Source: Sarea resinae
Lineage: Eukaryota
DNA length: 56,086 nt
Direction: 5' to 3'
NCBI GenBank assembly: GCA_026026165.1
Contig: JAPEUD010000072.1
Coordinates: 62,001-118,086, forward strand
The first letter of the stretch is position 1. The number at the start of each line of letters is the position of its first letter. The notes beneath the pieces are model-generated. The model did not search any database. It worked only from the letters and a program-made list of their open reading frames with translations, and was not told where the DNA came from. The position numbers and the translations under genes were made by a program. Positions 13,495 through 26,062 of this stretch are shown here, piece after piece.

Positions 13495-15115
13495 ACGGAG
13501 ATTTGATGAGATGGATATTGCACATGGGATTGGCAGCATTGTATGGAGTCTCGAGGGAGGATTGCTTGCATTGCAGCACCGGCATTTAGCTGTAAACACG
13601 TGATGTTTCTATGTTCCCTTTCCAGTTTTGTATTTGGGGGACAGAGGGAGTTGCTTGCGACATACAGTCTTGCTCGCTAGAAATTGGGTCAGGGGCATAG
13701 GTGAGCATTAGTGGGGGTTCATATAATAATGAGAGATAGCGGCATCGCTTTGTTGACATTGAGATTGTACGAGAATTTGAAGGAGAACAATCAGTGGCAT
13801 CCATGACCTCACGTACGAAGAAATGTACTGGATACCTTTTGCCTCTCCTGATGATTGAGGCTCTTTTCGACTGCGGAGAGCCGAGCGAATACGGGTACGA
13901 TAGACGTTGATCTGATGTGTTGCACCGATAGGTATATTTAGTACGCTTCTGGTTTGGCTATGTAGCCAGGAATGACGATGGTAAGTGTGATGTGATGTGG
14001 TCATGGCAGCCGAGGCATCGACCGACCGGCCAGACGGGCCTGCCTCTGATCAGCAGATCATGTATTGTACGATACTATGAGTACACAGTGTGCAGTAGAG
14101 CGCCGTGTTGATTCTCCTATTTGCCCCCTATCTGCAGGTCTCACGTTCAAAGAGGTAGAGGGAGGAAGAGATGCAGCAGCTAGCCCTCTGGCCAAGCGAA
14201 TCGGTTCGTAGCCCTCCTGGATCCATTTGTGCATCAATTCTTGCATCCTCGCATACACGCACGCATACATGCATAGAGTATGCGGTTGAGGTGTCTCGGT
14301 GCTCTTTGCATCCATACGAGGACGATCGTTGGGTGGTGCGCTTAGTGCTGTAGATCTTTCTTCTCTCTTTGTTTTTCGATCTTCCCTGGCTCACGTCATC
14401 TTGGTCCTTTCGTGTCTGCGGCTCTGTGCATGTGCGTGCGTGCGTCCAAGTGGGTAGCAGTGGGTGGGTGTTGGGGTCAGATAGCTTGGTATAGTTCACT
14501 GCTTGTGCTCGAATGTTTGAATGTAGCTGCCCAGACGGTGTGAATTTGACTCTTTTCTTTCCTGTCATTTAGACATTCACAGGAGCATTATTCAACTCAC
14601 TGATCGGTTGGAGAGAGGATATGGGATGGGAAAGGGGCTAGTGAGCTGGCACTGGTTTGTTTTCTTCCGGACCCGAGACCCTGATGTCAGAGATGTGGGG
14701 AATCCTTGTCTGGCCGTTTGATGGTCGGTCTTGGCTCAGCTGTCGTCGAGTTGGTGATCACGGCATTACTACTATGTGCAGAATAGCACTCCTCTAGAGG
14801 GGCAATGGAAACGGCGGCGGCCCTGGAGAAGGCGAAAGCTCGTATATACCGCTCGTATCTGTTTCCGCTAATATCTGGCTGCCTGCGCAATTACTCGGTG
14901 TCATAGTATGCTAGTACACGAGGAATGGTGCAGATGTGGTACTGGCGTGGTGCTACGATTCTAGTGTTTTGGTGACAGTGACGATGATGAGGATGGATGG
15001 ATAGAGTGAGGATATATTGAACAGGCTCCCGTCTTCTCTGGGTCTTCGCAGCACAGCCAGCACTCTCATCTCACGAGACCCACATACTTTTCAAACCCAC
15101 CAGCAAACACGCAAC

Positions 15116-17014
15116 ATGCATTCCCTCCTCTCCCTCTCCGTCCTCCTTCTCTCCGCCCTCACGCTCACAGCCGCTTCCCCCGCGCCCATCAGCCATGACC
15201 ACAAAAGAGACGTGGCCCCGACCCAGCAGTACTATTTGCGCACCTCGCTCGTGCCGGGCAGCAACGGCAGCAGCGCCCACGACGGCCTGTACCTAGAGGC
15301 GTATCACACGGGGGCCGGGCTCAACGATGCGGTTCTCGTGGCCAATAAGACGCATGCGGCCGTCGGGAGGCTGAATGGGACTTATCAGGAGTTTACGTTG
15401 GGCGAGAGCAGGTGAGTTGGTCTGGCGCTTTGTGTTGGGGTGGTTCGGTTTCGCCTGTTCAAAAGGGATGAAGAGGGGAGTTGATTGCTTTCTTCCGCAG
15501 AGGTGATCTGTCTGCCTGTTTGTTCAGAAGCTGTTCGAGGAGCGTGGCGGTCGTTGTTATGCTTTTCGGTAATCAGCTGGCTGGCCGCAAGCTCTGTCAG
15601 TCAGATGAAGCAGACGGGAGGGGCCAGGCTATCTTTGACTATTCTTTTTTCCCCTTTTCATTTGTTCTCCAGCGATAAATCATAAGCACGAGGCATGGGC
15701 AATACATTATCCCGTTCCCCTTTCCAGGTGGCTACGCGGAGTCGCTCCGACGAATGACCTGGCATGGCTGGCCTGGCCTGGCTAGCTTGGCCTGGCTAGC
15801 TCAGCCTAGGATAGAGAGATAAAACGAGACAAGAGCAGATGACGAGATGGTAGCTAACGAGTCAACCAACACAGCACTCCCTACGGTCTCTATATCGAGG
15901 GCGATACGAATTACGCTGGTGCGTGTGTTTCTCACATTTCTTGCTGGTTCATTCCTAACCTGCCTTTTCTCCCTCGTTCCGCCTTCCTACTGTTCTCCCT
16001 TTATGTCCCCGTCTTCCCAATGTTCACTCTTCCTCTCCTCCCCTCTCTCCACCATCTCTCCACCATCTTCCCACCACCGCCACCAAACCGCCACCAAACC
16101 CAGATCAGCAAAGCAAGCTAACACGTCCCGCCGGCCTCACAGCCTGGGACCCCGCCGTCATCAACGCCGGCAACGGCACAGCGGGCTATTTCCTAAATGC
16201 CACGGGCCTGCAATGGAACAGCTCTTCAGGGGCGGGCGCGAGCGAATTCGCCGGCTGGATTGGTGAGTCCTTTTGCTTTTGTCGAATTGCGTTGCGTTGC
16301 ACTGCCTGCTTCTTTGTTGCCGCTGTAGCCCTCTCTCTACTACTCTTTCTGTTTCAGCCTCTCCGCATGCCGTTTGGCTAGCTCGTCTGCTCTTCGCTGC
16401 TCCATTCTCACCTCTCCATTCATTCGAGCCCCTATATCACTAAGAATAAGAGATTCCGCCCAACTCCCACCCTCTACCCTCCACCCCCGCATCCATCCAC
16501 ATTCATCCATCCCTATTCCTCTCTGCTCTCTCTCTCTCTCTCTACCCCTATTCTACTACCTATCCTATCCTACGCCTAACCTCCTCTCTCTTACCCTCTA
16601 CTCTACGCTCTACTCTACGCTCTACTTGACCCTCTACTTGACCCTCTACTTGACCCTCTACCCTCTACTTACCTCTCTATTTACCTCTCTATTCAACCCT
16701 CTACCCTCACCTCCACCACGTCTCCGTCCACCGGCTATCTAAATCTCAAACCCCTCCCCTCCCTCCTCTCTCACACCCCCTTCCAGTTCCCCACCTATCA
16801 CCTCCCTCCCACCCCCCTACAACAACCTTTCCCTTCCTTTCCCCCAACTTCCCCAACTCACCAACACCAACACTAACAACCACCCCTCTATCACGTAGTC
16901 TGCGACTGGTGGCACAGCCTCCCCCAGCTCTTCTGGCGCTATACGTACTACACCACCACGACGCCGCTGCCTTCATCGTGCTCGAGCGTGCGCTTGGTGC
17001 CAAGGTTTCTGTAG
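15116..17014 (+). CDS. Small secreted protein, 191 aa, uncharacterised fungal family (YHTGAGLNDAVL ... WI/VCDWWH..PQLFW)
   Basis: Four exons (15116-15411, 15875-15918, 16143-16262, 16899-17014) join in frame to 576 nt, with GT donors, CTAAC branch sites and YAG acceptors. The protein has an N-terminal signal peptide (MHSLLSLSVLLLSALTLTAA), a KR dibasic site, several N-x-S/T sequons and two C-terminal cysteines. Confidence 0.85.
16594..16693 (+). repeat. Imperfect 12-mer tandem array (CTCTACTCTACG / CTCTACTTGACC / TTACCTCTCTAT) within intron 3 of the secreted-protein gene
   Basis: Tandem units are directly visible within a pyrimidine-rich intron. Confidence 0.85.
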
Positions 17015-17181
17015 GAGACCCCAGGGCCCCAGGGGATAGGTGGGGGGGAAAGGGAAGAAAGGGGGGGTTTGTTGTTGAGTGGTAGAAGTAATGGTAGCAG
17101 TAGTGGAAATAATGGACATAACGATTATATCATACTCGATGAGAAGCAGTACATAGACGGTCCGAGTTGGCAACCAATCAA

Positions 17182-17347
17182 GTCCCGTCCCGTCCAGTCC
17201 AGTTGAGTATAGGAGAGTCTAGTCCAGTCCAGTCAAGTCGAGTCAAATCCAGTCTGGTCAAGTCAAATTGCCCCTCCAAGTTCAAGTCATGTCAAGGTCA
17301 AGTCAATTCAACTTCACATCAAGTCCAGTCCAGTGCAGTCCAGTCAA
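17182..17347 (+). repeat. Degenerate (GTCAA/GTCCA)n pentanucleotide microsatellite
   Basis: Repeated gtcca/gtcaa units between the convergent 3' ends of the secreted-protein gene and the KH gene. Confidence 0.75.
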
Positions 17348-17896
17348 AAGAGTAGAGTAGAGTAAAAAAGCCCAAGCAAATTGGTATATATCTTATCTCG
17401 AAGGAGGTTTTAAAAGAAAAAAAGCAAAAGGCAAAAGGCAAAAAAAGAAAAAAGATACCACTCGACACACCCACTGACACTAAATAGCTCCCTTGACTAC
17501 CTTGACTGACTGACGGACGGACGACATCTTTTGTAACTTCCCCTCTTCTCCTTTTTGCAGAACCGTCATCACCGTCATCGCCATCGCTTCCCCACCATTT
17601 CCATCATCAGTCACAGGAAAGAGCCACGCAACGCCACTCGGAGCACACAAAGACACGCGCTCCCATACACAGAAAGCCACACGGAAAGCCGTACGACAGA
17701 CGAAAGAGCAAAGATTTGAAAGTGCTTTTCTTGGTGATATAAAAAAAACCTGACAAACGGGGTATTTCCATCCATTTCCGTTTCCATTCGTTTCCCATTC
17801 CATTCATCGTGTATGTTTGGTCGTCGTATCCCCTCGGATACTCTTTTCCCATCCTGTCCTTTTTCCTCCTTCTCCAGCTCAACTCCTCAGAAAGAC

Positions 17897-20800
17897 TCAA
17901 CGGGGAGGCCCAATCGGGCCCGGGTATCCAGAACTAGCGGAATGTGAGGTACTCGGACGGCCGCTATCCGCAGACGAACGAGCATCATACTTGGGCGTCG
18001 AGTCGCCAGGACCCGTGCCAAAGGGAAATTTGTTCTCGAAGCGCAAAGGCCAGCCGCCAAGGCCACTGCCGCTCTCTTCCTCGGGGAGATTGACGCCGCT
18101 GTCATTCCACGGGTTGCGATAGCTACTGCTTTGAGACTCGATGCTGGCAATGGACGCTTTCGAGGCGTTGCTAGATGCATGCTTGAAGAATGATCCCGGC
18201 GATCCCGACCCATTCTTGCGGCGGTCGAGAAAGGAAGAGATGGAAGAGATGCTGCCGGGCTTGCGAAGTTTGTCGAAGATGGACCGTTCGCTGCCGTCAT
18301 CTCCAAAAGTCGACCGTGTCGGCGAGTCCGTGAGCAGTGGCGCGGGGGCATGCTGGAGCAGCTTCGAGTCGAAGAAGGGAAGTGAATCTTCAAAGGAATC
18401 CGACTTGGGTCGCGGAATGGCTCCTTTGATCGTCGTGGCATCAAGCCCGTGACCCACGAGACGAGAGATTAAAAAGTCAATGGCATCTTTGAGACCACCA
18501 GCGTTGTTCCGGGTGTAGGTGAGAAGAAGTGATTCGGTCGGCAGCGCGGATGCTTCGGGGGACTTGACCTCGCGATTCGTGATGTGGAGATCGACCTCAT
18601 ACTGAGCCCTAAGCTTCTGCAGGACTTCTTGCTGAAACTCGGGCGACACAAGAAAGGCCTTCAAGGCAGGAGAGCCTGGGAACACAATCTCGTGGCTTTC
18701 GGGGACCATGCCCAGGAATTCATCCACGGCCTGTGGCACCTGATATTCCGGTCCAGAGATCGTCACGACATCGCTCGCCATCTCAGTGCTTGGGAAATCT
18801 ATCTTGCAGTTCCATTTCTTCTCGAGCTCCTCGAGATCGCTCATGCGGGCAATGAGCTCGCGATGATACAGGCGATTGATCGTAACGGTCTCGGACACGA
18901 ACTCGGCATCCTGGGTTCATGTCAGTCATATTAGAAAAAACTCAGATCGCAAGTTCCTACCACTTTCTCGACCATATCCATAATCTCCTGCTTGACCAGG
19001 TCGAGATTTTGAGCATTCCGGGCCGGCGTCCGGCAGATGACATTGTCCACTTTGATATCATCGTCTTCCTTGCCGATGCCACCGCGGTCCATGGCGTTGG
19101 AGAACTTGACAAAGACGGAATACTTCTTCATGATCCGCTGGATGTGTTGTCCACCAATGCCAATGATTCGCTTGTGATATTGATCCGGCACGTGGAAAGA
19201 TATCGAAGCCGGCATCTCCTGCTCCACCAGATCCAGGCCGTTCTTGGTGGCTTCATACTGAGCCCCACAAACATCAATGTAGAAATTGTACTCGTTGAAG
19301 CCGTCGAAGATGATTTGAACATTGCCTGCGATTGATTAGTCTGTGCAGGACAAGAGTGAGAGTCCATCTTACTCTGCCCCATGATCTTGTTGATCTTGCC
19401 GTTCTTCTTCCCGCTGACAAACTCCTTGTGTTCGTTCGCAAGCTCGATCTTGACACGCATCTGATACTGGGCACGCTTCACAAAAGGTATCTGATATATG
19501 ACCATCAACGCCGCTTTCACCGCGTCATCCGAGCCGTTGATCGAGAAGGTGAGCTTCTCGAAGCTGACATCGGCCCCAGAGTTGGTGCAGATATCAGACA
19601 GCATGGTGCGAATGTCCGAGGGCGACGGTGCCCGAATGGGGTTGCCCTGTCCAGGGTCCGGGAGAAGAATCCACCACGAGGCGCTGTAGAACTGACCGGC
19701 CAGTGCCATGATCTCACGCACAGTCCTCTCGACGTGGAGAATCTCCGTTCCCTGCACGCGAACGATGCCGCGTTGAGTCCCCAGCTGTGGAAAGAGTACA
19801 TAGGAACCGTTATTCTCCATCACCTTTCGAACCTTGTCTAACCGTTCGAGGAGAATGCTGTCGATTTTGTTGGGCGAGACCATGACATCCTTGACGTAGC
19901 ACTTGGTGTTGGCGCTCAGGTCGAGGAGCCGCTTCTTCGCCTGCATGATGTTTTCCGACGTCTCACCGGTGACGAAGACCTCGTCCTCGTTTCGTCGGTG
20001 CGCGCCGGGGGGAGTGTAGCCGTACACGCGAGGGAAAGGCGGAGGGAAGTAGATGGCAGTATTGGTGGCAGACTCGATGAGCTTGATGTTTTTTCGAGTT
20101 CGGCCGCAGATCAGAGTATGCATCGAGAGGTCAAGTTTCATTGCATCTACGACTCGTTTGAGCTGCTCCCAGGTCAGCGGTGCATCAACAACAAACAATC
20201 AGCACCGAACTCACAATTTGGTCAATCATGATCAAAACCCGCGTCTTGGCATGCTCGGAACTCTCCATGTCTCCGTAGATGGCGACTTTCAATCGCTGAT
20301 CAAGGCTGACGTCCGACGTTCCGATGAAAGAAGAGATGGAGGCCTCGGGATCCGAAGGTCGAGGTCGGAGCAGAAAGATGTCCGTTCCCGTGTATTTCGA
20401 TATGATGTCAAGATGCTCCAAGACGCTGGATCGGATGGCATCACCAGCGGCATCCATGACCAGACTGGTATCGATATCGACCGTAGCACACCTCTGAAAA
20501 CATGTCAGCAGGGAAGAGAAAATAGGTTTCAGGCCGAAGCAAACGGACCAGAGCCACGGGGATCTCGTTCAGGATCCGACCGCGCATTCGATGCACCGCA
20601 TCTGCATCTCCGGACAAGCAGACATTCGTCACCAATCCCTTCAACGGCCGATGCTGCAAAGCCTGGATGGGCTTTGGCTCCGACGAAGTCACCACGGCCT
20701 CCAACCTTCGAGGACCACTGCTCTCGCTGATTTCCCGACATAGCCTCCGCAACGCCTCGACGTTGGCCGCGTGCACCGCCAATCGATGCGAGGATGTATC

Positions 20801-21091
20801 CTCGTCCGTGCCGTCGGAAAAGGTCCATCGCTGGATGGCTCCGGGACTCGCGTGCAGCACGTCTTCCAGGTCGGGTCCGGCGAGGTTCGAGGAGAATGGC
20901 ACATTAAAGGACAGGTTGATGGCATTATCGGCCGCCGTCGCGGGTGACAGCGGAGGTCCATTCATCGGACGCTTTCCCGGCGGCGTCACTGCGGGCATGT
21001 CCATGTGCGGTCTCGACATTCCGAAGGCGGCCGGGGACACCTTTTCCCATCCATGACGCGCGGTTCCAGTGAAATTGGTGATCTTGTGCAT
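17897..21091 (-). CDS. Multi-KH-domain RNA-binding protein (similar to the fungal Mug60-like family)
   Basis: Exons 21091-20549, 20493-20215, 20162-19373, 19325-18961 and 18910-17897 join in frame with canonical introns of 47-55 nt. KH GxxG-type loops include EFVSGKKNGKINKI and HKRIIGIGGQHIQRI, followed by a Ser-rich C-terminal tail. Confidence 0.9.
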
Positions 21092-23296
21092 CCTGGTCGG
21101 ATCTCACGGTGCACCCAATGACGCGGCGTCGACGATGGGATCGTGGTCAAGGTGGCCTGCTCGCGACTCCACGATGGGCGGACGGAAGTGGAGGTCTGGA
21201 GATGCTGGACCAGGTCGAGTGGAGTTGAGAAAGGGCGAAGGAGGGTCGATATCGAGGTCTTCGGCGTTCGGCGGTGTCGTCGAGCGTCTCGAGCGAGCGA
21301 GCGAGTGAGATGAGGAGAGAATGGAACCGGGATTTCGTTTAGGCGATCCGAGAGGCGCCCGTCGAGCGAAGGAGGAGAAAAGACAAGGGACACGACAAGT
21401 CAAGAAAGAGGAAATGGAAGGTCTCCGGCTTGCAGTAGTGGGACAGTGGCAGTGGAGGAGATGGAGATGGAGATGGAGATCGAGGAGGTGGTAGCATCGG
21501 ATTGTCGACCATGGACCGTTGGAGCAATCGATTGTACAGAGTAGGAAGCGAATGGGACGAGCAGAGAAGGGAGCCCTTTGATCGGCCGGGTATGGAAGAA
21601 TGAGGCAAAGTCGAGTCAATTAGTGAGGAATCGGTCCACGTACTCGGAGGGAGTACTGTCCGTCAGCATCGGCGTCACTCTGCTCTACTCTACGCGGGAC
21701 GGATCACCAAGAATGTGACGAGGAGATCAACCGTGGAGGTGTCAACTGCATGCCATGCTTGGTGTATTTGCGAGAATCCCCTCATCTCGTCCATCATGAA
21801 GAACCACGAACACGAACTTGGTACCGTTCTTCGTCGTGGCCATGCTCATCAGGCAGGTCGACGACCATGGCAGACTCCGAAGATACCTGGATGCTTGCAA
21901 ACAATTCCCGCGTCATGGGAAGTACCTGGATACTTGACTTCCAAGTTGGTACGGAATCTCGCACTGACAAAGCGAGAGAGAAAAAAGAGAAAAAGAACAG
22001 ATACTTGGCCTTTTGCATGACAGCAGATGCCCTTCCAAGTACCCTCTACCACGCCTGTCCCTCTCCCTCTCCCTCTCCCTCTCCCTCTCACGCCAGGAAT
22101 CGAACGACGCTTTTCCCTACGCACCTGGGCAGTCCTCGCCATCTGACTGTGGGTGGATGCGAGAGAAGAATCTCGACAGGCTCGACAGACGACCGAGTGG
22201 TTCGAGAGGACGAGGGTTGCCTGCCATGCGGACCGACATCTCACAACCGCGAGATGGTCGTAAAATCAAGGCAGCACGGGCAGGGCATGTCCATGGCACT
22301 GGGCATCAATGCACGACCACAATCTGGATGATGATGATGATGATGGTGGTGGTACAGGAAAACGTACCACATACACAGTAGACGAACGATCCCCCATTCC
22401 CAATGCCCAATTTACCTGCGGTCGGTGGGTGTCTGGAGTAGAGTAGACGAGTTCAAAGTGCGCACTCGTCAATCTATCGAGAAATCTGGCGAGGGGACAA
22501 CCCTGCTCGGGTCTTCGTCTCACGGCCACCCCCCACAAACACGTCCAAGTGATCGTCGAAGATGGCAGTCGAGGATCGGATCTGCAACTTCGGCGACAAG
22601 TACTACTACCCGGAGTACTCGCGACAGACTCCGTTCTGGACGCTGCCTTCAGTAAGGTAACTTAGGTAGTGAAGAAGACGATCATGATGATGATGGTGAT
22701 CCAACGTCGTACCTGCGTCGGACCACCTAAGCCACGTCCTCGGCTTCTAGAGCACAAAGCCCGACGAGACGGAGAAAACTCAATCGGCTAAGATGGCCGT
22801 TAGGTAAAGGTGAGGTGCCACTATCCACGAGTCGTAGTGCCATGGAGCCCCCCAGGACAGCCAGTCCATTCCCGAACAGTTCAAGCCCTCCCGTGCCTCG
22901 AATCCGTCGGCTTCCGGCGCATCGAATCCCATCGAGATTCCACCTGGCAGCATTCGATACGGCACGAGCCATGCTATCCTCGCTTGGTGTGTTCAACGAT
23001 GAGTACTTGTTCCGAGGGGAGAGATTCCCACACGAATGCCACTACTACTACTACTTCACGAAAAGGAGATGGCCTTCGTCAGATCATGGTCATGCAGATT
23101 CATCAATGATTCGAGTACCATGATGCTTCGCCATCAGATGTGATATATATAGACCGTGATAATACAATCAGAGAAGAGAAAAGTGGGATTGACAGCAACA
23201 CCAAGGGCGCCATGCCATCATCTGTCCAAGAGAACGAGACTGCAATCATCAAGGAGTCCCCCATCCACATATGCACGCTCATCCAATCCAGCTAGA

Positions 23297-26062
23297 TCAA
23301 TATCTGTAAGAGGCTCTCCTCGACGCATCACCGCCATTGGTGCCGCCGGCGACGTCTCGTATCATTCGACCCGTAGGAGGAGCATATTCCATCACATCTG
23401 CTGATTCTTCTGTGATGAACCTTCTGCCACCCTGAGGCACTTGAGGAACATAGCTGATCCGCTCCGATCCATCTGGAGGGAGATACTCTGCGAGTCTCCT
23501 GCCGTCGTCTACGCGCACGCTCGGCTCCCGGATGATTCGTGGTGCAACCATCTGAGATGAGTCCCTCTGGCTCTGCATGCCAGCCGCGTACTCCTGATGA
23601 TCGGGGCGAGCACTTTGAATGCGAGGAATGTACTCACGCATGGCCTCGTAGCGGTGGCTAGTTGGCCGGACGCTCTGCAATCGAAGTCGCCCATCACCCA
23701 GCCCTGCTGCTGGAGCCCCTTCCAAATGGCTCGGCTGCCTCCGTTCTGCATACTCACGAACGGCGACGAGGTTAGGGTCGCGAGGCGCATAATCTCGTTC
23801 CCGGTAAGTCCTGTCGTCAAGAGGCTCGTATTCGGGCTGCTCAATCACGCGTCTTGGTGCTGGAGAGGGCGGGGCCATCCTCTGAGCGTAGCTACTCTCG
23901 TCGTAAAGATCTGCTTCTGTGATCGGAGCACGCATGACCCGTTCTCGGACCGGCTCTTGCTCGTAGTAAGGTCTTGCTTCAGACATCCTGCTTGTGGGTG
24001 CGACCGAACGTCTCACATCGGCATAGTACTTGTTGCCGTATTGGTCGACGACGATTCGGCGAGGTGGAGGAGCCATCACTAAATGCGGTTGCTCAATGGG
24101 TGAGAAGCGCTCCCTGAGAGGTGGGGGTGATCGAGACCGATCAGCACGAACGTATCGAGTAGTGTACGGTCTGATAGTTTCAGGATGGTATCTTGACTGT
24201 TCCGCGACGGACACTGGCCGTTCAATGAATGCCTGGGACGCGGCCCTTACCGGTCGAATATCTGTGGGAGAATACTGTACAAGCGGAGGTGGGGACGCGG
24301 GTTGTCTTGCATATTGCAGACTCGCTATGCGGCGCAGATCCTGTCCATCTCTTTCAGGCCGCCGGAATCCCGTTCGCGACGGGCCGCTGATCTGCACTGG
24401 AGAAAGAGGACTCTGGATCTCGTACCGAACAGCTAGAGGACTCTCATATTCTCGCTCATAGTATGCTTCGGCACGCAATTCTCGGGGCGAGGCATCTTCC
24501 ATACCGATCCGCTCACGAGTCCGCCGGTAGACAGCTGGCTGACGCATCTCTGGGACATTTGCAAACTGCGGCGGTGACAAGGGCTCCTCCTTGATGTATG
24601 GCTGAGGTGACTCAACGAGACGTCTACCGGGACCTTTACGAGCCCCCTCCGCATCAGCCCTACCTTCTGCTCGTTCTGCTCGTCTTCTTCGCTTTCGTGA
24701 AACGACCGGTCGAGGATTAGCATCTCCAGGGCTTCCACGAAGACCTTCATGGGCTCTTGAACCTTGATCATCACGTATAATTTGATAGTCAACTTGTTCC
24801 TGAGCAATGGGCGGGCCTTTGGCCACCGCCAAAGGGGAGACACGAGAGGGTTGTGGAGCGAGGGGGGAAGCAAGATGGTTCCTAATAATGGGCACATCAG
24901 GCGAAGTCGGGGAGGCCGGTCGAGGGCGCTTTTGAGTGGCTCTACGAGGAGCGGCTTGTGCCGGACGATCGGTGAGTTGTCTTGGGCCTGCCGGAAGAGC
25001 ACCTGCGGCTTCAATTCGAATGTCTGTGTCTCGGTGAAGCTCACGGAGCTCATCCGGCGTGATAGGTTCGGGTGGAGAGTACTCCTCTTCGTCTTGGACA
25101 TCGATGGTTTGGCGTGTGGCGTTCTGAGCCCCAGCTTTCGTCGGAGACCGGGTCTCACCTTCTAGAATTATCTCCTGCGGCTGTCGATCAGGTTTATCGA
25201 CGAAAGGTGCCGGCCCCAGATTTTGGTCTACCGCAGTCGGACCGTTAGGCTGGGCTTGTCCGACGGCCTTAGCATGATCTATGGAGTAGACGTCAGCATC
25301 AAAGCCGTCAACATCCATTGCCTGGGCTTGATGGTCCTCCCCCAAAGGCTCATGAGTAGACTCGCGTCCACGGCCGGACGAAGAATCGACCTGGCTAGAG
25401 TAGAAGGAGTTCTCATCAAAAGAGTCGCTAGCAGCCGTAGCTGCAGCTTGAGTATCCATCACTTTCGACTCATCAACAGGCGGCACAATCTCTTGAGCTT
25501 TCGTCAGCACCTGGGAAAGATCAAAGTCTGGCGCGGGATAGTCATATCCCGTTTTCACCACCCGCGGCTCATTTCGTTTCTGATCAAATTCTTCCTTCAG
25601 CGCGCGCTCTATGCGCTGGCGCTGGAGTTGGATCTCTGCCCTCACTAGATCGTCTGACTTGGTCAAGAGGATGGGATCAATGCCCGAGGAAGTGGGCTTG
25701 GCAGGAATACTTCGCTGGATATTAGACGCCACCACGCCATTAGACTGTGTTGGAGGATGAGAGCTGGCATAGCCGTTCTGATACGGTGCTATCTCAGACG
25801 GAGCCGGCGCGGATGATTTGGGTGGCTCGAGTCTAGGGGTGGAGATGGAGACGGATGTGGATGGTGATTGAAGGGACCGCGTGGTCAGCTTCCCTCTGGT
25901 GGGGATCTTCAGTCGCGGATGTCTGTCTGCAAAGACATCATCCCGCAATCTCAAGATCTTGTCATATTCGCGAGATTCCTTCAGCTCCCGATCTGAGAGA
26001 CGAGGCCCATAGACCGACCCCGATGCATGCATCGGCTCAACAACAGTGCCAGTCGATGCCAT
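23297..26062 (-). CDS. Uncharacterised 921-aa Pro/Arg/Ser-rich protein, single exon
   Basis: Uninterrupted 2.77 kb ATG-initiated ORF with short structured-looking motifs (GIDPILLTKSDDLVRAEIQLQRQRIERALKE; RRIVVDQYGNKYY), a basic RKRRRR cluster and YIKEEP. Confidence 0.85.
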   Translation of the reverse strand: MASTGTVVEPMHASGSVYGPRLSDRELKESREYDKILRLRDDVFADRHPRLKIPTRGKLTTRSLQSPSTSVSISTPRLEPPKSSAPAPSEIAPYQNGYASSHPPTQSNGVVASNIQRSIPAKPTSSGIDPILLTKSDDLVRAEIQLQRQRIERALKEEFDQKRNEPRVVKTGYDYPAPDFDLSQVLTKAQEIVPPVDESKVMDTQAAATAASDSFDENSFYSSQVDSSSGRGRESTHEPLGEDHQAQAMDVDGFDADVYSIDHAKAVGQAQPNGPTAVDQNLGPAPFVDKPDRQPQEIILEGETRSPTKAGAQNATRQTIDVQDEEEYSPPEPITPDELRELHRDTDIRIEAAGALPAGPRQLTDRPAQAAPRRATQKRPRPASPTSPDVPIIRNHLASPLAPQPSRVSPLAVAKGPPIAQEQVDYQIIRDDQGSRAHEGLRGSPGDANPRPVVSRKRRRRAERAEGRADAEGARKGPGRRLVESPQPYIKEEPLSPPQFANVPEMRQPAVYRRTRERIGMEDASPRELRAEAYYEREYESPLAVRYEIQSPLSPVQISGPSRTGFRRPERDGQDLRRIASLQYARQPASPPPLVQYSPTDIRPVRAASQAFIERPVSVAEQSRYHPETIRPYTTRYVRADRSRSPPPLRERFSPIEQPHLVMAPPPRRIVVDQYGNKYYADVRRSVAPTSRMSEARPYYEQEPVRERVMRAPITEADLYDESSYAQRMAPPSPAPRRVIEQPEYEPLDDRTYRERDYAPRDPNLVAVREYAERRQPSHLEGAPAAGLGDGRLRLQSVRPTSHRYEAMREYIPRIQSARPDHQEYAAGMQSQRDSSQMVAPRIIREPSVRVDDGRRLAEYLPPDGSERISYVPQVPQGGRRFITEESADVMEYAPPTGRMIRDVAGGTNGGDASRRASYRY

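Noticed and set aside
21715..23123. Several 60-190 aa ORFs between the KH gene and the 921-aa gene
   Set aside because: R/S/P-rich, built partly from microsatellites, with no consistent splice structure.
24433..25158. 241-aa alternative-frame ORF within the 921-aa gene
   Set aside because: GC-rich overlapping frame with no domain-like features.
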